Part shown: one piece after another, positions 10,557-21,114 of the stretch
Position numbering within the stretch: position 1 is the stretch's first letter
Layout: every line of letters starts with the position of its first letter
From: a virus
Taxonomy: Duplodnaviria; Caudoviricetes
Reading direction: 5' to 3' (one strand)
IMG/VR virus record: IMGVR_UViG_3300000932_000004
Coordinates: 1-60,117 of that record
Length of the DNA: 60,117 nucleotides
Position numbers and translations under genes: made by a program
Notes under the pieces: generated by a model
Databases searched by the model: none
What the model was told of the DNA's origin: nothing
What the model saw: only the letters and a program-made list of their open reading frames with translations

Positions 10557-11837
10557 TCAACATTCTAAACTAGAAATACCAACAACTGGTTGTGGTAATG
10601 TCCAATTTCTATTTGATTTAAATGCAAGTACTTGTACCAATTCTTGGTCTTCAATTAAAAATATTTTTAAATCACTAAAACATTTACCAACATAATTATT
10701 ATTTTCATCAACCAAATTATAATATTTTAAACCAATATCTGTAAGATTATTATAATTTTCTTCACATACGAATTTAGCACCCAATTTATTCGTATTACCC
10801 TTATGCCACATCAATGTTGGTATCCATAATTCTGCAGTATTTTCATAAAAACCCTCACCCACATTATTATCTGGTAATGAATTTGTATAATGTATAATAC
10901 CATACACATCTTGTTTACTTGTTGCTGATATATAATTCAAAAAACTTTTATATTTATATGAATATAGATCATTTGGTATTTTATCAGTATCCTTTACACC
11001 AATATATTTTTCAGGATAAAATAATGTATAATTCCATACATAAACTTTATTGTTCGGATTATAACAATTTTCAATATAATTAGTATCGGTAAAATTCCAA
11101 TAATCACTTAAAAATTCTGTACCATAATAATCTTTTATCGAATCATATTTAGGATAAATAAAACAATATGCATAATATGTATCCGATGTTATACCACTAC
11201 CAAAATTTGGTACATTTCTATCTAGTGTCAACGATAAATTATTTCCTCCAATTGTTCCAGATATTGCAGTAATCTTATAAAAAATATATGGTGTATAAAC
11301 TTCTGAATTTAATTGATCTGTATTAAATGAATCGGTATATGGATTAGTCCATCCTATTAATATATAATCACCAACTTCAACACCAGTTCCTGCAACATAA
11401 TCATCATCTTGAATAACATTTACGATATTTGTATTTGTTGTCAATGTTGATATATCTATTTTTATACCCGATTCTTTTACCCTGTCATTATCTCTATTGA
11501 ATTTCATTAATTCGATATTATCACCATCAAAAAAACCCATATTCACGTCATTATATACAATATCTTTTGAGGAAATTGGTGAAATATCATATATATAATT
11601 TTCATCATTAAATGATTTTTTTATTTTATATCTAATATCATTTATGTTTTCAAATGGTATTAAAACATTCGAATTATTAGGATTTATTTCATTCCTTTTA
11701 TAAAAATCATAATTAATTTCACTATCACCAATAGCAAAACTGGAAACATTAAAACTACCATTAGCTAATTTTTCTCTACCAGCATTGGTTAGTTTAATCG
11801 AAATGACTGTTGGATCTATTTTTTGTATAAATGACAT
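10557..11837 (-). CDS. Baseplate/tail-collar structural protein, paralog of 8082..9776
   Basis: KLTNAGREKLANG.F.VSSFAIGDSE N-terminus; GTATTTAT motif upstream. Confidence 0.6.
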   Translation of the reverse strand: MSFIQKIDPTVISIKLTNAGREKLANGSFNVSSFAIGDSEINYDFYKRNEINPNNSNVLIPFENINDIRYKIKKSFNDENYIYDISPISSKDIVYNDVNMGFFDGDNIELMKFNRDNDRVKESGIKIDISTLTTNTNIVNVIQDDDYVAGTGVEVGDYILIGWTNPYTDSFNTDQLNSEVYTPYIFYKITAISGTIGGNNLSLTLDRNVPNFGSGITSDTYYAYCFIYPKYDSIKDYYGTEFLSDYWNFTDTNYIENCYNPNNKVYVWNYTLFYPEKYIGVKDTDKIPNDLYSYKYKSFLNYISATSKQDVYGIIHYTNSLPDNNVGEGFYENTAELWIPTLMWHKGNTNKLGAKFVCEENYNNLTDIGLKYYNLVDENNNYVGKCFSDLKIFLIEDQELVQVLAFKSNRNWTLPQPVVGISSLEC

Positions 11838-11850
11838 ATTTTATAAATAC

Positions 11851-12093
11851 TTAAACAATTGGTTCTTCTGGTATGCCTGTTATATTCAACGTAATTGAAC
11901 TACCACTACAGTTACTTGTTGTAACAGAAGTTACTGTAACGGTTGTTGCACTATCATCAATATCAACGATAACTCCATTTATCGCATCATTACGTGATAT
12001 TTGTAATGGACTAACAACCCCAACATTTGCTGTTAAATCGAATGGTCCCAAATCAGACCCTAATGGTTCGTTTAATTTAATTCTAACATTCAT
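11851..12093 (-). CDS. Small beta-rich virion protein
   Basis: Tightly packed in tail operon; V/T/S-rich. Confidence 0.5.
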   Translation of the reverse strand: MNVRIKLNEPLGSDLGPFDLTANVGVVSPLQISRNDAINGVIVDIDDSATTVTVTSVTTSNCSGSSITLNITGIPEEPIV

Positions 12094-12105
12094 AATTTAT
12101 ATGTT

Positions 12106-12768
12106 TTATGGTGCTAATGGGTTATCACCGTCAGTAACTGCTGTTATTGCAATTACATCTTGATTTGCAACTGCAAATTGAATTATAATTGGTTGATCTA
12201 CAGTGTTTCCTGAATTATATACAACTGCACCGTTTTTAGATATAACTAAACTTGTTACAGTTTTAATTTGTGATGTATTTGTTACGGCAATTTCTAAATT
12301 GGTTCCACCTCTTGGTGCAAGATTGCCTGTTGAACTCTCCGAATTTTGAGTATCTGTATGATTAAGATCTAATTGTGCTGGTTGATTATTTGATGCGGCA
12401 ATATAATCAATTGTAAAACTACCAGTACCAAATCCGTTTGATGTATAATCATAATAAACATCAGGATTTACAACTGGTATTGTTGCAATATATTCTGCAG
12501 TACCACTAAATGGTGTACAATTTGCAAATGTAACATTAAATGATTCACATGTTTCGCATTGTATCGAATCAATGACTCTAACCGACATGTCATCATTCAA
12601 ATCAACATTATCAACAATCACATCAGAAACACCATCAATAACTTCTGTAGTACCTGATGTAATTAATGTTCCACCAACATTACATGTACTCCCACTATAT
12701 ATTTCATATATTGCAGTACCATCATAACTGGTATTTACCGTAAATTTAACTTTATTTATCATGGGCAA
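12106..12768 (-). CDS. Beta-rich virion protein
   Basis: Overlaps upstream baseplate gene; T/V/N-rich with several Cys. Confidence 0.5.
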   Translation of the reverse strand: MPMINKVKFTVNTSYDGTAIYEIYSGSTCNVGGTLITSGTTEVIDGVSDVIVDNVDLNDDMSVRVIDSIQCETCESFNVTFANCTPFSGTAEYIATIPVVNPDVYYDYTSNGFGTGSFTIDYIAASNNQPAQLDLNHTDTQNSESSTGNLAPRGGTNLEIAVTNTSQIKTVTSLVISKNGAVVYNSGNTVDQPIIIQFAVANQDVIAITAVTDGDNPLAP

Positions 12769-15700
12769 CCAAATCCATTTAAATCAACATTACTATCACT
12801 TATATAAGATATACAAGTTCCATTATCACATACTTGTGATAAATTCTCAACATACAATCCATCACATTCGTTTAATTCACCAATTTTTTCACCAGCTTCA
12901 ATTGCAAAATATACAGTTTGGAATATACCAGGATTTGAACAATTCGTATCACCATCAACCAAATATTTAACATCCACACCAACTTCAATTCTACTTGGTG
13001 TTGCAACATTCAATTCAACACTAGCACCAATATATACATCATCTTCACCACCTATGCCACAAGGTCCTGTTAATGCGTTTACGGCCACAACTTGCAATTG
13101 TGGTTGTTCTGGTATTGGGTTAAATACTTCGGCTGGTAATGGCGTTGTAAATGGCTCACAAGATATTTCTGGTTCTGATAAATATGCTATTTCAAAATTA
13201 AAATTGGAATAGGTTGGAACATTTTCATATTCCCAAACAATACCCAATTCTATTGTATCCTGTCCAGTCTCAACATCAAATTCGATCCATTTTTCCAATA
13301 TAACCTCATTTGTTGTTGTTTCTGTTATTGTAATCTTGTCTCTTACATATTTATTAAAATTATTATCAATTGTAAAATCATAATTTAAAAATACTGATAA
13401 TGTATTATTTTCGTAAATCAAACCACTATCAAGTCTACTTTCATATCCATTCGGTGTACAATTAATAACTTCAATATCGGTAATGGTTATATCACACACT
13501 CCACTTATTGATGTTGTACCAGTTACAATACAATCAATCGAATTTTTAACATAAATATCATAATCACCAATATCAAGACCCGTAAACGTATTATTTGTAA
13601 AATAATTCAATCCACCATCAATAGAATATGTTATATTAGTATCACCAGTTGCAACAATTTCAATACTACCCAATAACGTTGATGATATTTTATCTGTTGT
13701 ATTAATTTCTGTAATTTCCAATAAAGTACAATCTTTTTCAATTTCAAATGGTTCCAATAATTGGCAATTAATACCATCCCTGATTGACATTTCATATTCA
13801 CCATATGTTAAACCAGTCAATGTGTATTCGGTTACACCACTCGTTGTAATACCCTCTTCCCAAATTAAATTATTTATTGAGAATTCAGTTGGTCCAACTG
13901 TTGTATTATCACCAGTTACTGTAAATGTAACAGACCCTAAATCTTGGGATGTTGTTGCTGGTGTTTTAGTTACACCACTAATTCCAAATAAATCACAAGA
14001 ATATACTAATGATTCTGATAAATATTCAGCACCATCGTTAATACCTCTAATGAATTTATACTTTTGTTTTGAAAGTATTGAATTGTTTACAATTAATCCA
14101 CTTTTTCTTAATATTGTAGTTGCTGGTAATAATTGGTCTACAAAACTAATAAAGTGATTATCGAAATTTTTAACAAAACTATACAACCCATTATATGTTC
14201 TATTATTCTGATTATATTTTACATATAAATCATATATTTTAGATAATGTTGGATATTCCCCACCTCTGTTATTTGTTATTATCTTTCTATTTCTTACATT
14301 AATTAAATTTTTATATACCTTATCAACATACTCAAAAAATTCAATATTATTTATATCAATACCCAAATTTATACAATCTTGATTTTCTGAATTGTTTAAT
14401 AGATAAAATACATTTATTTCATCGTTAATATTTATTTTAATCTTTTTATCAAAAATTATTTGTTTTTTATTTGATTGATTAACGGTAAAATCCGAATTAT
14501 TTACAAGTGTTCTACCATTTAAAATAACCTTAACATTTGCACTGTTTGGTATTATATAATCACTAACAAATACATATCTATTATTATAATTATTATAAAA
14601 TAACTTATCATTGTAATAATTAGATACTGTATAATTATCCGAATATTTAATGGTATTTAAACCACTCAACTCATTAATATACATAACAGACAATATATCT
14701 GTTGTTAATATATTAACATTTGTTAATATTAATTGTGTTCTATTATTTGGGTTTATATAAAAGTCTTTTCCATTAACGAGTGTATATCCGTTTAATACCA
14801 ACTGAATATCACCAGATGGTTCAACTGGTAATGTTATGATTGTTTGTCCGTTTGATGTTATTGTTGGTTTAAATATATTATAATCAACTTGATTAGTTGT
14901 ATTATTAACAACATATGTTACTGTTACAACATCATTAATATAATTAAATCCAGACTTTGTAATTTCAATTATATTATTATCAACACCAGTTACGGTATAA
15001 TCAGTATTTTCAACCAATACAATACCGTTTAATATAACTTGTATATCACCATCTGGAACATCTGGTATTTCAAATACATTTAACTGATCTGGGTTTGATA
15101 ATACGTTTAAATATAATACACTTAACGATATACCATTAGAACAAACTGGATAGTTATTTGATTTATTGAATCTAAAAATATCAAACAACAATGCTTTTGA
15201 TGGATCAATACCTAAATCAATTTCTTTTGTATTGATTACGAGTCTAGAATCATTACTTGAATAAATAGAATTCTCATCAGTTCTTATATGATAATTTTCA
15301 ACATATACCCATGATTTTTTATTATCTTCTTGTGTTTTTATATTAAAACCATTTTCTCTAAATCTATTGATATATGTTTGTCCAGAATCTGTATTTCCAG
15401 ACACTTGAAAGTAATATTGATTATTCTCTTGCGGTGCAATCGGATAACCATTAGTATCATATGAAGGATCGTTAACAACTACATTACCCAATACATTTGT
15501 TCTTGTTGAATCTATTCTTTCATTTTCATTTAATTCCTTATCTGCAAGATAAACATATTCATTTAAGTTAATAAAATCCTCTGGTATTCCAATTAATTTA
15601 AATATTGTTTCAATAGATTTTCTAGTACCCTTTGATTTGAAAAACCATTTGGTATTGATTAAAATTCTTTTCCATAATTCAATATTGATTTCGGAAGGTA

Positions 15701-16949
15701 ATAAACTATTTGATATATCTTGTGTTTTTGTTGTAAATATTTTTGACATTAAATCATCTTCTGTTAAGATATCATTTACATTCCATCCAAGTACCTTTGC
15801 AAGATTTTTTACGAGTATATCAGGTATTGAACCTTCTTTTTTATATGTTAAATTATTTAACGTTGCAAATCCATCAATTAACTTTCTTATATTATCAAAA
15901 TTATATCCATATGTTCTAATTAGCTTTTTTAATTTACTATCGGATGTTAAATCAAATTCTTTGATTGATTGTGGTAAATACATCCTATATATTAAATCAG
16001 TCTTATATTCATCATATAAAATACCAATCTTGATTAAATCATTAACAAAATTATTATAGATAACATCTTCATAATCAATATTATATCCATCTGTTGTTGG
16101 CCATAATATTGATTTATTGTTAAATCTATCTATTGCTCTTTCATTTAATACCTTTAATTTAAATTTAAAACCCTCGTTTGTTTTATTAGATAAAAAATAT
16201 TTTTCAATATCATTAAATTCATATATAATCCTATTATATTCATCTTTATTAGGTTTAATATGAAAATTTTTAGATAATGTACTATTTGTTAAATCAAAAA
16301 CTCTACCAGCTGCGGTTATTGTAATAAATGAATCGGTATTAATATTACCACTAAAATCAATTATTGGATATTCTGTATCTGGATTTTCAAAATCCCATAT
16401 AACATATTTTGTTTTTGATATGTTAAAATTCTTTATATCATTTTCAACAAAGTTTGTAGAATCAATAATTAAATTACCTTTATTTATTATTGAAATAACT
16501 GGTATATTAAATGTTGATGTATTATTTATCTCATCATATTGAAAATTTGTGATTGAATTAATATTACCAGTATTTAATTCACTTGTTAAATATATTGAAT
16601 ATGGAAATTTTTCAACAATATTTTTAATCGTATATTTAAATAAATCTTCAACAGAACCATATCTAGAATACGATCTTATATTATTGTAATCTACATTAAT
16701 TTTTAACTTATTACCAGTTTCATATATTTTTTGTGATATTATGGTATCAATACCAATTGTTTCGAGTGTATATTCTTTTGAGAAAGAAGAAATTTTATTG
16801 GTAAAATCACCAATAACCCGATCATCTAGATTGGTGTCAAGTGTGAATTCACCGAGTCTATATACTGTTGATGTACTCGGATTTGAAAACGAAGTATTGA
16901 CAACGTTTTCATTAAATATACTATCTCTTATGATTCTTTTCTTACTCAA
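12759..16949 (-). CDS. Large baseplate wedge protein (P2 gpI/T4 gp7-like core) with repeated small beta domains and SprB-like repeats; TTG start
   Basis: LAKVLGW...FFKSKGTRKSIETIFKLIG motif; three LNG..LV...D[YF] domains; GSIEIVATG..YSIDGG..FTGL..G.Y.IYVK...C repeats. Confidence 0.65.
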   Translation of the reverse strand: MSKKRIIRDSIFNENVVNTSFSNPSTSTVYRLGEFTLDTNLDDRVIGDFTNKISSFSKEYTLETIGIDTIISQKIYETGNKLKINVDYNNIRSYSRYGSVEDLFKYTIKNIVEKFPYSIYLTSELNTGNINSITNFQYDEINNTSTFNIPVISIINKGNLIIDSTNFVENDIKNFNISKTKYVIWDFENPDTEYPIIDFSGNINTDSFITITAAGRVFDLTNSTLSKNFHIKPNKDEYNRIIYEFNDIEKYFLSNKTNEGFKFKLKVLNERAIDRFNNKSILWPTTDGYNIDYEDVIYNNFVNDLIKIGILYDEYKTDLIYRMYLPQSIKEFDLTSDSKLKKLIRTYGYNFDNIRKLIDGFATLNNLTYKKEGSIPDILVKNLAKVLGWNVNDILTEDDLMSKIFTTKTQDISNSLLPSEINIELWKRILINTKWFFKSKGTRKSIETIFKLIGIPEDFINLNEYVYLADKELNENERIDSTRTNVLGNVVVNDPSYDTNGYPIAPQENNQYYFQVSGNTDSGQTYINRFRENGFNIKTQEDNKKSWVYVENYHIRTDENSIYSSNDSRLVINTKEIDLGIDPSKALLFDIFRFNKSNNYPVCSNGISLSVLYLNVLSNPDQLNVFEIPDVPDGDIQVILNGIVLVENTDYTVTGVDNNIIEITKSGFNYINDVVTVTYVVNNTTNQVDYNIFKPTITSNGQTIITLPVEPSGDIQLVLNGYTLVNGKDFYINPNNRTQLILTNVNILTTDILSVMYINELSGLNTIKYSDNYTVSNYYNDKLFYNNYNNRYVFVSDYIIPNSANVKVILNGRTLVNNSDFTVNQSNKKQIIFDKKIKININDEINVFYLLNNSENQDCINLGIDINNIEFFEYVDKVYKNLINVRNRKIITNNRGGEYPTLSKIYDLYVKYNQNNRTYNGLYSFVKNFDNHFISFVDQLLPATTILRKSGLIVNNSILSKQKYKFIRGINDGAEYLSESLVYSCDLFGISGVTKTPATTSQDLGSVTFTVTGDNTTVGPTEFSINNLIWEEGITTSGVTEYTLTGLTYGEYEMSIRDGINCQLLEPFEIEKDCTLLEITEINTTDKISSTLLGSIEIVATGDTNITYSIDGGLNYFTNNTFTGLDIGDYDIYVKNSIDCIVTGTTSISGVCDITITDIEVINCTPNGYESRLDSGLIYENNTLSVFLNYDFTIDNNFNKYVRDKITITETTTNEVILEKWIEFDVETGQDTIELGIVWEYENVPTYSNFNFEIAYLSEPEISCEPFTTPLPAEVFNPIPEQPQLQVVAVNALTGPCGIGGEDDVYIGASVELNVATPSRIEVGVDVKYLVDGDTNCSNPGIFQTVYFAIEAGEKIGELNECDGLYVENLSQVCDNGTCISYISDSNVDLNGFGCP

Positions 16950-16960
16950 AATACTTTAAA

Positions 16961-17845
16961 TTATAAACCGTTTAAAACGTTATTAATGTCTTTTGTTGTA
17001 TCGATATTGTCTCTTTCTATCTTAACTTCATAATCTATGACACCCTCTGAATTTTCAGTTTCAAATACATCAAATTGTTTGTATATATTACCATCAGCAT
17101 CATAATATGTTAAAATACCATCAACTTTAGATTTTGTTTGGTCACCATAAATACCTAATGCCAATGTATTTATATCATGTTCTGCCAATTCAATTTCAAG
17201 TAAAACTGGTGTAAAAAATGTATTTGATAATACAATCTCTTGGCTTGGTGTTCCAATGAATGGAGACTGATTTGCTCTGAAATTGCTGGATGTTGATGGT
17301 GTTACAGTTAAAAATATCAAATCACTACTCTCACTATCACTAAATCTATATCTAACTGATGATTGTAGTGGTGTATTCACATTATTATTTTCAACCAAAC
17401 ACCTATTTGATGATGTTATGATTCTAAATAGATTTCTTATTTTATCACCATTTTCATCGAAATATTCTATTTTATACCCAACAAGACCATTTGAATTAAA
17501 TCTATTCCCAATTTCTGTAATATCAGAACCCTCAATTACAACACCCCTAATATTTGGTTGTGTTGATAAAACCCCACAATCGGAAATTGATAATCTATAT
17601 TCTCTTGGCCTAATATAAATATTATAGATACCAACTTGATCAAAATTTGCAGGATCTAATCTTAAATTATATAAACCATTTACAAGATTATTGTTTAGAT
17701 TAATTTCACTAATTACATCAACGGGATTTAACGTTCCTACAAATGTTGGTTCTGTTTCTCTGTTAGGTGAAAAAGTATAAACGATTTCAATATCTTCAAT
17801 ATTTACGTCACTTGGTCTAACATTACCTATTGTACCTATTGCCAT
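16961..17845 (-). CDS. Putative baseplate/virion structural protein
   Basis: In baseplate operon; GTATTTAT motif upstream. Confidence 0.5.
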   Translation of the reverse strand: MAIGTIGNVRPSDVNIEDIEIVYTFSPNRETEPTFVGTLNPVDVISEINLNNNLVNGLYNLRLDPANFDQVGIYNIYIRPREYRLSISDCGVLSTQPNIRGVVIEGSDITEIGNRFNSNGLVGYKIEYFDENGDKIRNLFRIITSSNRCLVENNNVNTPLQSSVRYRFSDSESSDLIFLTVTPSTSSNFRANQSPFIGTPSQEIVLSNTFFTPVLLEIELAEHDINTLALGIYGDQTKSKVDGILTYYDADGNIYKQFDVFETENSEGVIDYEVKIERDNIDTTKDINNVLNGL

Positions 17846-17879
17846 GTTAATTTTTTATATAAATACTTTATATAATTAA

Positions 17880-18443
17880 TTAACTGTTTTTAATTATATT
17901 ATAAAAACCACCACCATATAGTGTTAATTCCTCTAGATTTCTAATATCTGTCAATCTTATGTGTGATTCAAAAATGTTTAATGATTGTCTAACAATATCT
18001 AGATTTGATTCAGTTTTTTTATCAACATAATTCAAATATTGATCATCTTTTACCAATATTTGGTTACTTAAATCATTGTGTACTGTTGGTGTGTTATATT
18101 CAAAAGTTGTTATATTATTTAATAAATCATCAATATATTTTATATTATTTACAATATATGTTATTTGATTATCATCGGATTCTGATAATATAACCCCATC
18201 ACTAAAATTTGTTGATATTTTATATTTTTTATCTAATTGGGTTGAATTTGTATATTTCGTTAACTCTTTTAATCTACTATTTGTGAAACCCGTTAATGTA
18301 TTTGTATTATATGTTGGTATTTGATCGGGACTTTCATATCCTGAATCTGAATAAAACCCGATATCATAATAATCTGTTTTTAGATTAAATATAATATTAA
18401 CAGGTTCATTATTAAATTTTATTCTTTTTTTAATAATATTCAT
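17880..18443 (-). CDS. Hypothetical virion protein
   Basis: Directly follows baseplate wedge gene. Confidence 0.45.
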   Translation of the reverse strand: MNIIKKRIKFNNEPVNIIFNLKTDYYDIGFYSDSGYESPDQIPTYNTNTLTGFTNSRLKELTKYTNSTQLDKKYKISTNFSDGVILSESDDNQITYIVNNIKYIDDLLNNITTFEYNTPTVHNDLSNQILVKDDQYLNYVDKKTESNLDIVRQSLNIFESHIRLTDIRNLEELTLYGGGFYNIIKNS

Positions 18444-18445
18444 GA

Positions 18446-20275
18446 TTAGATATCACCTCTTTTAAATAATTTTACAATTATATCTTTTTCTGGGAATTTA
18501 ATTTCGAACATGGAATTCTTATCAGAATATAATGTATTATTAAATAATTGAATCTCTCTGGTATTATCATCAATATATGGCATTGATGTTTCATTTAATG
18601 AATAATTGTTTCCGACTTTATTGAAAAACTTCCAACTTAGTACGTTAATAACACCAGTCACATTATTAACATTTTCAATTAAATTACCAATAAAAATATC
18701 TTCATTAATAAATCTTCTTGAAATATTAAAATAATCATCAATGACTCTAATAACATTATTTGCTATTTGTGAATCTGCAAAATCTTCAACATATAGGTTT
18801 AATTGTGTTGATATGTTAATAATTTTGGCATCCCTAATTTCAACATAATCATTAATCATTCTATAATTTTTAATATATTCAGATATGTTTGTTTTTAATA
18901 TTGAATTACTAGTATTATTTAGTTTACCATTTTCATCAAGTCCCAATATATTAATAATAACTTTATTATTTTCCTTAAATACATTCAATCTATATGGTTT
19001 TCCAAACTTACCTGGCATTTTCATTGTTTGTACTAAATAATCATTTAATGTAACACATCTATTTTGAGATGCATTATTAAACATGATTAATTTTTTTAAT
19101 TGTTCGTTAGAAATCAAATCAGTACCACCAACAGCTGGTATTTGATTATTTACTCTTAATGATGTTCTAACATTATTAGCAATACCCTCATTAACATTAC
19201 CACCAAAAAACATATTAACATTTGCTGTTTGTTTAATTGTGTTTGGTCCCAAATTCGATAAACTACCACCACCAACTCTATATCTCACAAAAATTGTAGT
19301 ATTTGGATTAATCTTTTCACCTGTTGATAGATTATTAAGATATGTTCTTAAAAAATCATCATTATTAAAATCATTTTGTGATAAAATAAAATTTTGATAA
19401 TTTGCAACTTCGGTATTTCCACCACCAAATGTTATTTTACATTTACCATTATCTGTAAATTCTTTTATAAATTTCTTTGTCGGATATTTAACAACACCCG
19501 ATTTAATCCCAACTCTATCACCTATTGATCTATTTTCTTCAAAAATTCTATCTTGTGCCAAATAATCAACTTCATAATATCTAAATTCATCATTAAAAAA
19601 TAAATCTAATGATGGATCATTTACATAATTTGTGCCATTTAAAACAATTATTTGTTCAATATTAATAACATCATTATCTGGTAATTCTAATTCATAGAAT
19701 GGTTTTGCCTCGAATGAATCAATTGTTTTTTTAAATATTTTTGTTCTACCGTTAAATACAACTTCTGACTTTGTTATATTATAATTTGTAATTTGATTAT
19801 TTGAATTATATACTGGTATTACTTTTCTATTTGGTGTCCCAAAAATTGATAAAGAACTTTGAAAATCAATATCTTCGGTTAATTCAAAAGTTCTTGATGA
19901 TCCAATTACTTGTGTACCTGTTTTTAATACTGGTAAATAATCTTCATTGGGTTGATCACCTAATGTTGGTACTGTTATGGTAAAATCAACAACACTAACA
20001 GATGCTGATCTAGGATTAATATTTAATCCATTTGTTTTTGCAATTTGCAATATCGATCTTCTCTGTTGAGCATATTCTAGTTGTGTCTCTTGAAATGCTC
20101 TATCAATGTTAAATGATAAATTATCACCAACCGCAGCATTAATATCAATTAACATAGATCCAACTGATGAATCACTAAAATCTGAAATAACTTCAGGATA
20201 GTTTTGGTCAATATATGTTAATAACTCATTTTTTAATTCTGAAAACGTTCTTCTATTAAAATCTATTCTATCCAT
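18446..20275 (-). CDS. Baseplate wedge subunit (T4 gp6 / baseplate J-like)
   Basis: DFSDSSVGSMLID..A.VGD.LSF, YRVGGG..SN, AVGG.D, QNRCVTLNDY motifs; next to gp25-like gene. Confidence 0.85.
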   Translation of the reverse strand: MDRIDFNRRTFSELKNELLTYIDQNYPEVISDFSDSSVGSMLIDINAAVGDNLSFNIDRAFQETQLEYAQQRRSILQIAKTNGLNINPRSASVSVVDFTITVPTLGDQPNEDYLPVLKTGTQVIGSSRTFELTEDIDFQSSLSIFGTPNRKVIPVYNSNNQITNYNITKSEVVFNGRTKIFKKTIDSFEAKPFYELELPDNDVINIEQIIVLNGTNYVNDPSLDLFFNDEFRYYEVDYLAQDRIFEENRSIGDRVGIKSGVVKYPTKKFIKEFTDNGKCKITFGGGNTEVANYQNFILSQNDFNNDDFLRTYLNNLSTGEKINPNTTIFVRYRVGGGSLSNLGPNTIKQTANVNMFFGGNVNEGIANNVRTSLRVNNQIPAVGGTDLISNEQLKKLIMFNNASQNRCVTLNDYLVQTMKMPGKFGKPYRLNVFKENNKVIINILGLDENGKLNNTSNSILKTNISEYIKNYRMINDYVEIRDAKIINISTQLNLYVEDFADSQIANNVIRVIDDYFNISRRFINEDIFIGNLIENVNNVTGVINVLSWKFFNKVGNNYSLNETSMPYIDDNTREIQLFNNTLYSDKNSMFEIKFPEKDIIVKLFKRGDI

Positions 20276-20280
20276 TTTAT

Positions 20281-20664
20281 TTATAATTTTATTACTAATA
20301 CATCAGTATCCTGATAAACATCATCGTTATATGTGAAATTTATTAATATATTTAAGTTATTATCTTCTCCTTGCTCTGGTTCCAAAAAATTTACACTGTT
20401 TATTATTAATTTTGGTATATATCTTTCAACTGCAGTTTTTATTTCATTTTCAATACTAATCTGAACATTTTTATCATTCTGTTCAAAAATATATCTTAAT
20501 AAATCTGTACCATATAATGGATTATAATATCTTTCCCATCTATTCGTTAACAACAATAACATTAGATTAGATTTTAATGATTCCTTTGTTGTTATATTTC
20601 TATCAAATAAAAAATTGTTTATAGAATCATCTTCTAATGGGAACTTAATATTAATATATTTCAT
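20281..20664 (-). CDS. Baseplate gp25/GPW-like protein
   Basis: NL..LLLT...ER.Y.P.YGT.L...IFE, ERYIP motifs. Confidence 0.85.
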   Translation of the reverse strand: MKYINIKFPLEDDSINNFLFDRNITTKESLKSNLMLLLLTNRWERYYNPLYGTDLLRYIFEQNDKNVQISIENEIKTAVERYIPKLIINSVNFLEPEQGEDNNLNILINFTYNDDVYQDTDVLVIKL

Positions 20665-20673
20665 TTTTTTTTA

Positions 20674-20699
20674 TATAAATACTTTTACTAGTATTTATA
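20674..20699. promoter_or_regulatory. Back-to-back pair of AGTATTTATA motifs (candidate divergent late promoters)
   Basis: tataaatact 20674-20683 and agtatttata 20690-20699 between divergent genes. Confidence 0.65.
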
Positions 20700-20734
20700 A
20701 TATGAAAATAATTATTAATTAAAATTTATAAATT

Positions 20735-20803
20735 ATGGGATGCGGATGCGGAAGTAAAAAACCAAAACCAACTGTTAAACCAGTACAAACTTCAAATAAA
20801 TAA
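20735..20803 (+). CDS. 22-aa peptide MGCGCGSKKPKPTVKPVQTSNK (absent from ORF track)
   Basis: ATG 20735; stop overlaps next start (TAATG); G/C-containing codons within AT-rich spacer. Confidence 0.65.
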   Translation: MGCGCGSKKPKPTVKPVQTSNK

Positions 20804-21114
20804 TGATTGTTGATTTAATTTCAGTTTTTTTATTATCAGTCTTTATTAGTTTTTTTGTTAAATTTATTGATTTTTGTTTCAATGAAGGTAATATATTTGA
20901 CTGGTATTATAAATATATATTGGATAGTTTTGAAACTACAAAACCCAAACTATTTAAAGTATTGGGTGGATGTATTTTTTGTTTTGGAACATGGATTTTT
21001 ATTATCAATTATATATTAATTTCAATATATAGTGGATTACCAATAATTTATATTTTTATTGGTATGGGTATAAATTTCATTTCTTTATTGGTTCTTGAAA
21101 GAAATTTTGATTAA
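20803..21114 (+). CDS. Small membrane protein with CxxC (DUF1360-like)
   Basis: Three hydrophobic stretches; IFDW...LGGCIFCFGTW. Confidence 0.55.
   Translation: MIVDLISVFLLSVFISFFVKFIDFCFNEGNIFDWYYKYILDSFETTKPKLFKVLGGCIFCFGTWIFIINYILISIYSGLPIIYIFIGMGINFISLLVLERNFD

Noticed and set aside
680-19983. Many short plus-strand ORFs in the tail region
   Set aside because: Antisense shadows of long minus-strand structural genes
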